A stretch of 64,000 nt of DNA from a virus (Duplodnaviria > Heunggongvirae > Uroviricota > Caudoviricetes): the IMG/VR virus record IMGVR_UViG_3300006143_000275; one strand, 5' to 3'. The notes below the pieces were generated by a model. It did not search any database, was not told the DNA's origin, and saw only the letters and a list, made by a program, of their open reading frames with translations. Each line of letters opens with the position of its first letter. The first letter of the stretch is position 1. Shown here piece by piece: positions 1 through 11,600 of this stretch. Made by a program: the position numbers and the translations under genes.

Positions 1-16
1 GAGCGTACAAAACGGG

Positions 17-3000
17 GTGAACATCACAGGGCTCAAGGATTTCCTTGGTGCAGAGGGCGTTGACGCGACGATGCGCAGCACCGCTGACGCCGCAAATGCC
101 GCAGTTCAGAAAATGAACGAGGCAAAGACCGCAGCGGCAAGCTGGGCTGGTCAGATGGAAGTGCTTGACTCTATCGCCAAGAGTGTTGCAAAGACATATA
201 AGAGTGGTTTGTCCGGCAGTAATATGGTTGCGGACGAAGCGCAAATTCAGAGAATTACGGCAGCCTATAACGAATGGGCGCGGAAAGTAAACGAGGTCAA
301 GGTCAGCCATTCTGGTGATATTGAGGCTCTCCAGCAGGAGGGGCTCGCCATCCAAAGGAATATAACTGCGATCCAGGACAAGCAGGCCGCAGAAGCAAAG
401 GCCGCCGCTGAGGCTGAGCGTGCCGCAAGAGCGGCAGAGAACGCCGCTGAAAGAGAGGCCGCAGCAAACCAAGCAGAGCTCGCTTCTCTTAAACAGGTTG
501 CGAGCCTGCAGGAACGCATGACGAAATTCCTGCAATCTAACAGCAAACTCTCCTATTCTGATGCCGGCAATAGTATTCGGCTTATGCTTACAGAACTTAG
601 GTCTGGGGCAGAGATTACGACTGAGCGGCTTAGAGAGATGGAAGGCGAGTTTGCGAATATCCGCACACAGGCCACAGCGACTGGATCGCTTGGCCGCTCT
701 ATGCTTGATGCGTTATCAAAAGCATACGAGCGTTTTGGTGGATGGATGCTGATCACCAGAAGTTTGACGACAGCTATCCATACTATCAAAGAGATGATTG
801 CCAACGTTAGAGAACTTGACGGCGCATTGGCTCAGTTGCAAATCGTCACGGGTGCCACTGATACACAGCTTACATATTTCCTGCAAAATGCTACTGTTCT
901 TGCAAAAAATCTTGGCAAAAGCATCACAGATGTGCTTGGGTCTATTGAGACATTTAGCCGGCTGGGCTACAACTTAGAAGATGCAACAATACTTGCGGAG
1001 TACGCAAATGTTTTGGCGAATGTAGCTGCTGTCGATACAGATGCCGCCACAACTGGTATGACATCAATTATCAAGGGTTTCAACATGGATGTTGAAGAAG
1101 CAGAACATGTCGCAGACGTATTGGTTGAGGTCGGCCAAAAGTACGCAGTTTCTGCTGGCGAAATGATGGAAGCATATGAAAAATCTGGTGCCGCATTGAA
1201 TGCGGCTAATACCAGCTTTGAGAAATCTGCCGGTCTGATTGCGGCTGCAAACGCTGCTGTTCAAAATTCTTCAACTGTTGGTACAGCCTTGAAAACAATC
1301 AGCGCCCGTATTCGTGGCTCTAAGTCTGAACTTGAAGAGCTTGGTGAAGATACTTCAGATCTCGCACAAGGATTCTCTAAGTATGCAAGTGAAATCAAGG
1401 CATTAACCGGCTTTGATATTATGGTCGATGGGACTACAGATACATTCAAAGATATCTACGATATTTTTGAGGGCATTGCTGTGGTTTGGGATGAACTATC
1501 TGATACACAACAGGCACGTATTGCTGAGATCCTTGGTGGCGTACGACAACTGCAAGTCGTCAGTAGTATCCTTACAAACTGGTCAGACGCGGCCGGCGCT
1601 TATGCTGATGCGATGGATTCTGCTGGTGTTGCAACAGAAGCAAATTCCATTTATATGGACACAATTACTGCAAAGATTGGGCAGTTCAATGCAGCATTTG
1701 AGGAGTTATCCAATACATTTTTCAGTTCTGATTTTATCAAAAATGTAGTTGATTTTGGCACCGGATTTATCGAGACGCTTGATAAGATCATTGAAAGATT
1801 TGGTACACTTCCAACACTGATTACTACTATCGTTGGTGCATATACCGCTGTAAAAGGTGCCAAAGGTGTTTCCATTGGGCTTCTTGATTTTAATGATAAC
1901 AAGATTCAGCTTGCTAATCGTGGTATTGGCTCGCTTATCAAGAACTTTAATGCAGCAAGGGAATCTGGGGCACGGTTAACAGATTCTCTGCGAATTGGAT
2001 TTAATGGAGCACTGAATAATATCAATCAACGTATCGGTGCATATAACCTGCAGCTTGGTACATCAGCAGAGGCCCAAACGCTCTTTATGCGCAATTTGGA
2101 GGGGACAGATAGTTCTCTTGCGGCATATCTAAAGAGTTTGAACGGTGGAACGGCAAGTCTCAAGGGGTATATGACATACTGCAGAAATGCTGGTATCCAA
2201 ACAAACGCACTTGGGACGAAATCAAAACTCGCCGCAGTTGGTGTAACTGTACTCAATACAGCGCTGAATATGCTTATCACTATGGGAATTGCTCTGGCGA
2301 TTCAGGCAATTATATCTGCCCTTGGTTCTTTGATAAATGCCGCTGAGATAGCCTCGGAGAAGGCGAATCAACTTGCCAGTGAGACGCGAGAAAAAGCAGA
2401 AGCAAATAGGGAAGAACTGCAAACTCTGAATGACCTGATCGAGAAGTATCAGGAACTCAGGAAAGAAGAGTATGTTGATGCTGGCACACGAGCCGAGGTT
2501 CGAAATATCCAAGATGAAATCACAAAACTTGTCGGAGATCAAGCAAATAACCTTGATTTAGTCAACGGAAAGCTGGATGACGAGATTGATAAGCTAAAGC
2601 AGATTGCGCTTGCTGAGGCTGGAGATACTGTTGATTCGTATGTTGCAGCATATGCGGCCGCTACAAACGCAAGTGACAAGGCGGTCGGCAGTAGCAAAGG
2701 CTCATTCGTACATCCCGCTTTCGGCTCATGGGATTATGTTGGCTCTGGGGATAACAAGGCAGAAGAAATTTTGCGTAATGCTGGGTATGGTTTACAAGTC
2801 ACCGATGGCGGCTGGTTCTCCAATACTACATATGTTTCGACATATGGGGATGCTATGCAGAGAGCAGAACAGCTCCTTGGCATGATGGAGGCATTAAAGG
2901 CCGCTGCTGATTACGACTATTCATCCAGCGAATTGTTTACGACCCTTCGCCAGCAATATGAGAGATATCTTGAGTATGGCGACGAACTGACAGAGCAGGC

Positions 3001-6000
3001 AAAAGGGCTCCGTGACAGTGTTATCTATGAACAATTTCTGAGAATGGACACTTCTGCAATCAAAACGGCAGAGGGATTGTCACAATTCAGGGAAGAATTG
3101 ATAGACACAGTGGAATCCAGCAGAGACCTAAAGGATGCCATGAGTAATGGTGATATTAATATTGATAACATTACAAATGGCGTCGATGATCTGCTGGCTG
3201 TGCATTTTCCAGAACTGTTTAATCAGTTACGTCAATATGAACTGTATGAACAACAGCTTAATGATCTTGCTAATAAGCTGGTAGATAAGTCTGATGAGCC
3301 CGGCTATTCATCTTGGAATCCGGACGATCATTTTGCTGCCATTAAGTCTTTGTATGAAAAGCGAAATGAAATCAAGGATCAGCTTCGAAATCTATCAGAA
3401 GAGGATTTTGTGATTGCTGTTAAGGCTATTACAGAAGACGGAGCTACGTCTTGGGATGAAGTTCTTAATGCGATTGCTGCCTATAATGACGAACAAGTGG
3501 TTGCCGCAAGAAGAACAGAAGAATTGCGGCAGCAAATCAGCACTCTATGGAAGTCCGAATCGTTTACAGAGGCAAAGTCCGAGTTAGTATCTTTACTTAG
3601 TTCCCTTGGAGAAATTTCACCTGACAAAATTGAGGAGCTTGCTGACAGTAGTTTTGAACTTGCGTCTATCCTCGAACAGGATGGAATGAATGCGCAGTTC
3701 TTATCCGTTATTTTGACGAATCTTGCAAACGGTGGGGATGGTATCAGTCTCATTACAACGGAGGCTCTGGCGCTCAACAAGGTCCTTGATGGCATGGTTG
3801 GTGAGTTTGATAAGGTTACTGATGCAAAAGCGAGATACGACGCCGCTATGTATGTTGAAGAAAAGGATACTGACTTCAAATCCTATGCCGCTGCTTTTGA
3901 GGAACTGAACAAGCAGTTTGAGGCTGGCACAACCAACTCAAACAGGTTCTGGGCCGCTGCGGAATTCCTGTTTGGTAGCGAACAGCTTGCCGCTTGGGGC
4001 TGGAGCGATGGACTGGATGAAATCTATGAGTCCATGAAACGCAGCGAATCTATCTTTTCTGATGCGGATAGCGCGGGTGCCGGTTTTATCGAGAGACTAT
4101 ACGAAATGTCGGAAGCCGGCAAGATGGTCAATGAGCAGGGTGAAAAACTGCTTGAGATCAGCAAAGATTCGCATGGTGCTTATATCTTCGATATTGACCA
4201 GGAAAATATTGCTGCTATTGCAGAGAAGATGGGACTCACAGAGGAGGCCGTTCTGTCGTGCCTTGAAGCGCTGTCTATGTGGGGCGACATTGACTTCTTC
4301 AATATTGATGAGGTGCTTAAGAAAATCGAGGATCTCGGCATTGTTATGGATAGCTGTGCAGACGATGCGGAGGAACTTGGCGGTAAGGTCATCAATCTGG
4401 ACAGACTTACTGAGCAGCTCTTGACCCTCGGAAAGACAGAAAAAGAAATCTACGATATTACCACTGCTCTGTCCGGTCTTGACAATGTGAGTTTTATCAG
4501 TGTGACACAGGACGCAAACAATCTGGTTGAAGTGCTGGATCAACTTGGCGTCGTTACAAAAGACGGAATCAATATCTCCATTGATTATGAGGGATTCGGC
4601 GATATCCTTCAGACGCTTGGGTTTACGAAGGACGAGGCTGAGAGCCTTATCACGAAACTCGGCGAGGTTGACAACATATCTCTGACAAATGCAGATGGGG
4701 AGATCAAGGATGTTAGTGACGCGCTTGATTACATTCGCGGTCTGGAGTTTACCGATGTTACTGCAAGCGTAGATGGTATTGGGAACGCTATTGACGAAGT
4801 TGACGATCAATCAACGGAGAATGTTGTCTCTGAAATTGAGAATATTGGCAATGCGGCAGATTCTGCGGTAACGAAGATATACTCTATTGGGGATGCAGTT
4901 TCAGACATTGACGGCAAGACCGCAACGGTCTACTATGATGTCAGAAAGAAAAACAACGTGCTTGGTTCTCTTGGCAGTATCCTTGGGTTTGCAAACGGTA
5001 CAGATGGAGCTCCTGCCGGTCCGGCGCTTGTAGGTGAGGAAGACCCAGAGCTTATCAAGTCCGGGAAAGAAGCATATCTGGCTGGTGTAAACGGACCGGA
5101 GATCGTTGACCTTAACGAGGGAGACCAGGTATATAATGCTGACGAGACAAAGAAGATACTCCGTGGTTCCGGTAAGCATATCCTTGGCTCTGTCCCCGCC
5201 TTTGAGGGTGGTGCGCATGGCGGTCTTGTCATCAACAAGGATAAGGAGGGCACATACGGCAAGCCATATTCTCCAAGCGCAGAAGTCGAAGTGAAGGCAA
5301 CAGTTGATGACAAGGAACTGGAAGACGCGCTTGAGGACGCACTGAAAAAGCTCAAAGAAGAATTGAGTGAAATCATTGGAAACTTTGAGCACTCTATTTT
5401 CCTCTTGGAGAAAAACGGTGGAAGTGCAGATCAGATTGTCGCAATCTATCGCAAGATGCAGGAGACCGTACATGAGTACGCGGAAAAGTATCGTGCGATG
5501 GGTCTTGATGAAAATTCCGACTATATCCAGGAACTCCAGAAACAGTGGTGGAATTATCAGGATAGCATTCAGAAAACGATTGTTGATAATTTTGAGAAGA
5601 TGGCCGGCGAACGCGAGAACGCCATCAAGCTGACAGAAAACTGGATGGAAGACGCTATGGACAAGGGATTCCATCCTGGCGTTGCCGGATATGCAAACGA
5701 TATTGTAGATTACTACAAACGGATGCAGGAGATCATCCATGAGCAGGCGGAATATTACAGGTCTCAGGGGTACGCCGACACCAGCGATGAGGTCAGCAAA
5801 CTCAGTGATTTGTGGTGGGACTATGCGCAAAAGATTAAGGATGTCAGAGATGATGTTGTTGATAATTTGCTGGATATGGTCGATGCCGCATCTGACCTTG
5901 TGGACAAGGTGCAGAGTGTGTACGATACACTGCATGACGCAGCGGACGAATATGCGTCAAATGGCGGTTTTATATCCGTAGATACACTCCAGTCTATTTA

Positions 6001-7768
6001 CGACCTCGGGCCGCAGTATATGCAGTATCTCCAGGATGAAAATGGTCTGCTTGTCATCAACGAGGAGCGCATCAACGCGGTTATTGCAGCAAAGACAGAG
6101 CGGCTTGCATTGGAGAACGCCCTTGCTTATGTCGAGAGGCTGCGCCTCGCCGCGCTCGGTGAGTCAAACGAAAGCCTGAACGAACTGTGTTTTGCCACAA
6201 CAGAGGCGACTGGGACAACATGGGGGCTTGTATACGCACAGCTTGAACAGATGAAGCTGGCCGGTGAGCTCACTAATTCTCAATATAACGCTGCGATGCA
6301 CAATATTAAAGCAATCCAGTCGCTGTCAAAGAATGCTATTGCTGGAATTGGACGGGTATCTAATGAAGCAAAAGAGTCCCTAGAAAGTCTAAAAGAAGAA
6401 CTCACAACGATGCAGGATGGCGTAGAGGGTATCATCAAGTACGTCATGGATATGTTGAAACAGCGTATTCAGGATCAGATCGATGCGCTTGAGGATATGA
6501 AAGATGCCTATGCTAAAATTATCGACCTTCGCAAGGAGGCTCTCGAGGCCGCGAAAGATGAAGCGGATTATGAGGATGAAGTAGCGGACAAAATCAAGGA
6601 GATTGCTAAACTGCAGGAGCGGATCAACGCTCTGTCACTCGATGACAGCCGCGACGCCCAGGCGCAGAAGATCAAACTTGAGGAAGATATGGCTGCGCTC
6701 CAAAAGGAACTTTCTGATACTCAGGCTGACTATGCCCGTGAGGCTCAGGAGAATGCTCTGGACGATATGCAGGAAGCGTATGAGCAGCAGAAGGATGAAG
6801 AGATTGCCGCTCTTGAGAAGACAATTTCTTCGTACCAGAAGCTCTACGATATGGCAATCGACTATATCAACCAACACTGGCAAACACTGTATCAGGAGCT
6901 GATCGACTGGAACTATGAATATGGTTCTGTGTTGAATCAGGAAATCACTGACGCATGGGCTCAGTGTGAGGCAGCCGCACAGCGATATGGTACATCTGTT
7001 CAAAGTATGCTTGCAGGCTTAAAGGCTGAGATTTCAAGTATAACCTCACAGCTTAGTAGCATAAGCAGTGGATCGTATAGCTTTAGCTCAGGTGATGACG
7101 GAACATCTGGTGGAAATAGAGTTGTCGGTCCGTCCGATTCAGACACATCTGTATCGAACACAGATATGGTCAAGGCCATTGTTGCCCGCATGAAGAAGCT
7201 GGGTGCTCAGTGGAGCACGTTCAACACAAAGGATAAGAACGATGCTCTACATAAGCAGGCGGCTATTGAGGCGGCAAAGCTCGATCAGTATGGCGTACAT
7301 GCTGATTTCCGTGGCTCTGATGGAACATGGTGGATTACCAGAGATGAACTGAATCCATCCAACATTGGTAAATTGCTTCATAACTGCTATCACACAGGTG
7401 GGTTTGTTGACGATCAGTTCCCTCTGAACCGCAAAGAAGTGCCAGCAATCCTTGAAAAGGGTGAATTGGTGCTTGATGCGAAGAAGGAAAAGGGACTATA
7501 CCGACTGATTGACTTTACTACCATGCTGTCCGAGAAACTTGGGAGAGCACTGGATTCCGTTGATTTGAGTGGTATCTTTGATATTACAAAGAATGGGGTA
7601 GACAGTACATACGCTCCCCTACCGGCTGTCACAAACAACCAAAGCGAAGCCATTCATTTTGGTGATGTCTATATCTACGGAGGCAATGAGGAGACGGTGA
7701 AGCAACATCAGGAGATCAACCGTCAATTCACAAACGAGGTTCTGTCCCATCTTCGAATCAAACGATAA
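17..7768 (+). CDS. Phage tail tape measure protein (frame open to the window edge, may start upstream)
   Basis: 2583-aa Ala/Glu-rich helical ORF. Has a TP901-type TMP core (~aa 260-560) and typical C-terminal TMP motifs FANGTDGAPAGPALVGEEDPEL and YHTGGFV...EVPAILEKGELVL. Followed by Dit and tail genes. Confidence 0.93.
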   Translation: MNITGLKDFLGAEGVDATMRSTADAANAAVQKMNEAKTAAASWAGQMEVLDSIAKSVAKTYKSGLSGSNMVADEAQIQRITAAYNEWARKVNEVKVSHSGDIEALQQEGLAIQRNITAIQDKQAAEAKAAAEAERAARAAENAAEREAAANQAELASLKQVASLQERMTKFLQSNSKLSYSDAGNSIRLMLTELRSGAEITTERLREMEGEFANIRTQATATGSLGRSMLDALSKAYERFGGWMLITRSLTTAIHTIKEMIANVRELDGALAQLQIVTGATDTQLTYFLQNATVLAKNLGKSITDVLGSIETFSRLGYNLEDATILAEYANVLANVAAVDTDAATTGMTSIIKGFNMDVEEAEHVADVLVEVGQKYAVSAGEMMEAYEKSGAALNAANTSFEKSAGLIAAANAAVQNSSTVGTALKTISARIRGSKSELEELGEDTSDLAQGFSKYASEIKALTGFDIMVDGTTDTFKDIYDIFEGIAVVWDELSDTQQARIAEILGGVRQLQVVSSILTNWSDAAGAYADAMDSAGVATEANSIYMDTITAKIGQFNAAFEELSNTFFSSDFIKNVVDFGTGFIETLDKIIERFGTLPTLITTIVGAYTAVKGAKGVSIGLLDFNDNKIQLANRGIGSLIKNFNAARESGARLTDSLRIGFNGALNNINQRIGAYNLQLGTSAEAQTLFMRNLEGTDSSLAAYLKSLNGGTASLKGYMTYCRNAGIQTNALGTKSKLAAVGVTVLNTALNMLITMGIALAIQAIISALGSLINAAEIASEKANQLASETREKAEANREELQTLNDLIEKYQELRKEEYVDAGTRAEVRNIQDEITKLVGDQANNLDLVNGKLDDEIDKLKQIALAEAGDTVDSYVAAYAAATNASDKAVGSSKGSFVHPAFGSWDYVGSGDNKAEEILRNAGYGLQVTDGGWFSNTTYVSTYGDAMQRAEQLLGMMEALKAAADYDYSSSELFTTLRQQYERYLEYGDELTEQAKGLRDSVIYEQFLRMDTSAIKTAEGLSQFREELIDTVESSRDLKDAMSNGDINIDNITNGVDDLLAVHFPELFNQLRQYELYEQQLNDLANKLVDKSDEPGYSSWNPDDHFAAIKSLYEKRNEIKDQLRNLSEEDFVIAVKAITEDGATSWDEVLNAIAAYNDEQVVAARRTEELRQQISTLWKSESFTEAKSELVSLLSSLGEISPDKIEELADSSFELASILEQDGMNAQFLSVILTNLANGGDGISLITTEALALNKVLDGMVGEFDKVTDAKARYDAAMYVEEKDTDFKSYAAAFEELNKQFEAGTTNSNRFWAAAEFLFGSEQLAAWGWSDGLDEIYESMKRSESIFSDADSAGAGFIERLYEMSEAGKMVNEQGEKLLEISKDSHGAYIFDIDQENIAAIAEKMGLTEEAVLSCLEALSMWGDIDFFNIDEVLKKIEDLGIVMDSCADDAEELGGKVINLDRLTEQLLTLGKTEKEIYDITTALSGLDNVSFISVTQDANNLVEVLDQLGVVTKDGINISIDYEGFGDILQTLGFTKDEAESLITKLGEVDNISLTNADGEIKDVSDALDYIRGLEFTDVTASVDGIGNAIDEVDDQSTENVVSEIENIGNAADSAVTKIYSIGDAVSDIDGKTATVYYDVRKKNNVLGSLGSILGFANGTDGAPAGPALVGEEDPELIKSGKEAYLAGVNGPEIVDLNEGDQVYNADETKKILRGSGKHILGSVPAFEGGAHGGLVINKDKEGTYGKPYSPSAEVEVKATVDDKELEDALEDALKKLKEELSEIIGNFEHSIFLLEKNGGSADQIVAIYRKMQETVHEYAEKYRAMGLDENSDYIQELQKQWWNYQDSIQKTIVDNFEKMAGERENAIKLTENWMEDAMDKGFHPGVAGYANDIVDYYKRMQEIIHEQAEYYRSQGYADTSDEVSKLSDLWWDYAQKIKDVRDDVVDNLLDMVDAASDLVDKVQSVYDTLHDAADEYASNGGFISVDTLQSIYDLGPQYMQYLQDENGLLVINEERINAVIAAKTERLALENALAYVERLRLAALGESNESLNELCFATTEATGTTWGLVYAQLEQMKLAGELTNSQYNAAMHNIKAIQSLSKNAIAGIGRVSNEAKESLESLKEELTTMQDGVEGIIKYVMDMLKQRIQDQIDALEDMKDAYAKIIDLRKEALEAAKDEADYEDEVADKIKEIAKLQERINALSLDDSRDAQAQKIKLEEDMAALQKELSDTQADYAREAQENALDDMQEAYEQQKDEEIAALEKTISSYQKLYDMAIDYINQHWQTLYQELIDWNYEYGSVLNQEITDAWAQCEAAAQRYGTSVQSMLAGLKAEISSITSQLSSISSGSYSFSSGDDGTSGGNRVVGPSDSDTSVSNTDMVKAIVARMKKLGAQWSTFNTKDKNDALHKQAAIEAAKLDQYGVHADFRGSDGTWWITRDELNPSNIGKLLHNCYHTGGFVDDQFPLNRKEVPAILEKGELVLDAKKEKGLYRLIDFTTMLSEKLGRALDSVDLSGIFDITKNGVDSTYAPLPAVTNNQSEAIHFGDVYIYGGNEETVKQHQEINRQFTNEVLSHLRIKR

Positions 7769-7774
7769 ATCTAT

Positions 7775-7800
7775 GGAGGGGAGCTACTGTGCTCCCCTCC
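7775..7800 (+). other. Perfect 10-bp GC-rich stem-loop between TMP and Dit (no U-tract; possible mRNA processing or stability element)
   Basis: GGAGGGGAGC-TACTGT-GCTCCCCTCC. Confidence 0.4.
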
Positions 7801-7830
7801 ACAATCATATTTGGAAGGAGGCGATGTGAT

Positions 7831-8622
7831 GTGGCATTCAATTCCTACGAATTTTCTTTTAATGGCGAATCTTCCCTGATGTATGGCCTGATGATTTATG
7901 ACTTCAATGGTAACGGACAAGGGAACGTCAGTTTTGGCAATCAAGCATCTATTGTCGAGACCAGGACAAATCTCCGTGTTCAACCTCTGCATTTCGGTGT
8001 GAATTACCACCAGAAGCCGTTGGAGTTCAAGCTGGTGTTCGGAGCAGAGGAACCGCTTGACCGGTACGAACTTGAGAATATCTCTATGTGGCTGACAGGC
8101 CACCAGCAGTATCAATGGTTGTCAATCGACCAGCCTGATTTGGAGTGGGTGCAGTTCCATTGCCTTATTACAAAGCTGACACCACTGGCGCATGGCTGGC
8201 TCCCTGTTGCGTTTGAAGCGAACGTGGTGTGTGATTGTCCGTATGCGTATGGCTATCCGTTTGAAAATCAGTATACAATCAGCGGGAAAACAAATATCGT
8301 ATTCCGGAACAATAGCTCTATTCACGAGTACATTAAGCCGCATATTTCTTTCCGTCCGGCATCTGGCACATCAAAGCTAAGTATTGTCAACCGCGATGAC
8401 GGAGACAGGGAATTCTTGCTTAGCGGTATTCCAGCGTCTGTTTCAACTGTAGAAATAGATAACATGAACGGTATTATACAAGATATGACAAACAAAAGCA
8501 ACTTGTATGGCGGGTTCAATTTGAACTTTTTCCGTCTGGTACACGGTGATAATAATCTTGTTGTGACTGGGAATGGTACGCTGACGATTTCTGGCCGGCT
8601 CATGTATAACGTGTCGGCATAA
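7831..8622 (+). CDS. Distal tail (Dit)-like protein
   Basis: Directly after TMP, GTG start behind the GGAAGGAGG SD. C-terminus resembles siphovirus Dit (NLNFFRLVHGDNNLVVTGNGTLTI). Confidence 0.75.
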   Translation: MAFNSYEFSFNGESSLMYGLMIYDFNGNGQGNVSFGNQASIVETRTNLRVQPLHFGVNYHQKPLEFKLVFGAEEPLDRYELENISMWLTGHQQYQWLSIDQPDLEWVQFHCLITKLTPLAHGWLPVAFEANVVCDCPYAYGYPFENQYTISGKTNIVFRNNSSIHEYIKPHISFRPASGTSKLSIVNRDDGDREFLLSGIPASVSTVEIDNMNGIIQDMTNKSNLYGGFNLNFFRLVHGDNNLVVTGNGTLTISGRLMYNVSA

Positions 8623-8633
8623 GGAGGTGCAAC

Positions 8634-11600
8634 ATGTATCTCAATTACTCAAAATTAGAGTTTGACAGAGATGGTAATCCAGAAACGCCGGAGCTTGTGC
8701 TGACGACACTGAGCGATAAGGTTATCGGGGTAATCCCCGGTGCGCATAACCTAAAACTGCATATTAAATACTCGGAACCAAGTGAAATATCTTTTGATGT
8801 GCCAGCTAAAATCAACGGAGAGGACAATCCGCTCTATGAGGCCGTATCCGGACACAAGCAGGTATACACTAAGTGCTACGGCATTTATGAAATCCTAAAT
8901 CCATCCATCGAAGCAGATGGAATTTCCGAGGTCAAACATATCAAGGGGTACTCACGCGAGAAAACGCTCGAATCCAAAAAGTTCTTTTTGGAAGAGGGCA
9001 CGTTCAACTTCTGGAATCCGGCCTCTCCAACAAATACTGTGCTTGGCCGTATTCTTGAAATTGCAGTTGGGTGGAGCGTAGGATATGTTTCTCCGTCTCT
9101 GATTGGGCGGTATCGTACCTTTGACGATTATGATGATTATTTACTGTCGTTTGTGTATAATAGCGCACCTGAAAAGTACAGGTGTGTGTTCGTATTTGAC
9201 ACATACGGCAAAACAATCAACGTCTATGATGCTGATGAAGAAATAACGAATCTTCCAATCTACTTGGATTTCGAGAATCTTTTGAAGTCTATGGATATAG
9301 AAGAGCAGAGTGATGAGCTTGTGACTGCAATTCGCCCATATGGTGCGGATGATCTTGATATCCGTGCTGTTAATCCAATCGGTACGAACTGGCTCTATGA
9401 TTTGTCGTACTTTATGCACAATGGAGACATATCTGGAGCACTTGCTTCAAAATGGAATACATGGCAGCGCAGCGTCATCAACAACCAGATGTACTACAAA
9501 GGGCTCGTTGCACTTCAGGCGTCCGCCACATCGCGCATTCTTGCTGAGCAGGCCGCACTTGCTGATTTGAATGGTGAACTTGATTCCCTGACCGGTCAGC
9601 AGAGTGTTACGATCCAGGCACTGGCAATGGAAACAACGAGCGCAGGCATATCAAGCCAACAGGCGGTTCTGAATAATATCAATACAAAGATTGCCGCCAA
9701 GAAGTCTGAGATTTCTGCGAAGAATTCACTTATTGGAACAATCCAGAGTGAACTTGATTCTTATACTGCTGAGATTAAAGCGGTTGTTGACAGACTTTCC
9801 ATCAAAAATTATTTCACTCCGAGCGAATACGCGGAGCTATCTCACTTTATGATTGAGCAGGATATTACTGAGAACACGTTTGTGGCTTCAACAGTCGATG
9901 CGTCGATATCTGGAAATACTTACAAACTTTCCAATGAAGTTGTTTCTATCAGTAATTCTTCCATTTCGATGGTTGACCTGACAAGTACGTTTTCAAAGAA
10001 AATGTATGTAATGTCCGGCGGCACGTTCGCATTATCTGGTGGGTATTCCGTCTCTGGCGATATCATTCGCGGTACACTGGAAACAAGAAGCAACGGGAAC
10101 TTTGTCATGAGTTTCTATGCTGGAACAACCCGTGTTGGGAATACGACTGCGGCAAGTGGGAATATAACCATCATCGGCACATACTCCGGTCTGTCGAGCA
10201 ATATTAGGGCTGTCACAGTTGATGAAGTTACCACAAATGAAGGTACGACGCTTCGACTCACGGCGCGTACTGGCTCTATGTTCTTGACAGGAAATGTGAG
10301 CGAGTATCAGAAGTATTCCGTGCAAATGGAGCTTTACGATTATGCTGTTGGTGTACTGAGCGACCTTGCTACGCCAACCTATGAATTCTCGGTTGAATCA
10401 GGGAACTTTCTGTTCAATCAGGAGTTTGCACCATTTCGCAATCAGCTTGAACTTGGTAAAGGTGTCTATCTGAAGGTTGGAGATTCAACAATCACACCTT
10501 ACATTATTGAGTTCGAGCTGAGCTTCGAGGATCGCAGTCAATTCTCCATCGTTTTTTCTAACCGCTTTAAGCGGCATGATAACGTGAACACGTTGAAGGA
10601 TATGATTGAGACAAGCTATTCAACAAGCCGTAACTTTGATGCAAGTAAGTACATCTACAATCAGGCTTCCAGTCAGGCGTCTGCGGTGTCCAAATTTATG
10701 TCCGATTCTTTGGATGCGGCAAAAAATATGATTCTTGGCGCATCAAACCAGAGTGTTATTATCAGCGGTTCTGGAATCGGTGTAAGTAGTCCAAGCAATC
10801 CCAGATTGCAGCTTCGCATTGTAAATGGGATGATTGCGATGACGGATGATAACTGGGAACATGCGAAAGTTGGTATTGGTCTGTTTTCCTCTCCAGAAGT
10901 CGGCGAATACTTTGGTGTAAATGCCGAAGTGATTGGCGGCAAGTTAATTATCGGCAACAATCTTATCATAGAAAATGAGAACGACACTGGAGTAATGCAG
11001 TTTAAGGTAGACAGCACAGGAGCATGGCTCAATAACTCTACCTTCGTTCTACAAAAGGATAATGGCGGGAAAATCATTATCGATCCAAAGTACGGAATCA
11101 TGGGTGGATCAAATCTGTTGTTTGATACGAATGGGACAACAGTAATACCAGGTTTTATTGATAGATCTGGAAACATCATATTTGATTCAGATGGGATGCC
11201 TCAGAATTCCAATTTCTTTCTGGATATCAATGATGGAAGTGCATATTTCCGTGGAAAATTGCTTGCCAAGAGCGGAAAGATTGGCGGATATACGATTGAG
11301 AACAGTTATCTCCATTCTGGTAGCGGGGGCAACTATGTGGCGTTGAATGGCGGTACAAGCGTGCATTCCGCTTATGCTATCTGGGCTGGTGCAAGCAATC
11401 CGGCCAATGCGCCATTCTATGTGAAAAAAGATGGCACTTTGTATGCGAAGAAAGGTAAATTCGCCGGTGAACTTGAAGCAGCGACTGGTACGTTCAGTGG
11501 TGCATTGAGAGCAGCAACCGGTACGTTCTCAGGAAGTTTAAGTGCTGTAAATGGCACATTCACTGGAACCCTGAGTGCTGCGAACATTAGTGGCAACCTT

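Noticed and set aside
4901-5935. Long antisense ORFs (e.g. 344 aa at 4901-5935, 274 aa at 25427-26251, 237 aa at 4097-4810)
   Set aside because: They are fully nested opposite well-supported genes, lack SD sites or recognisable motifs, and are expected from codon bias.
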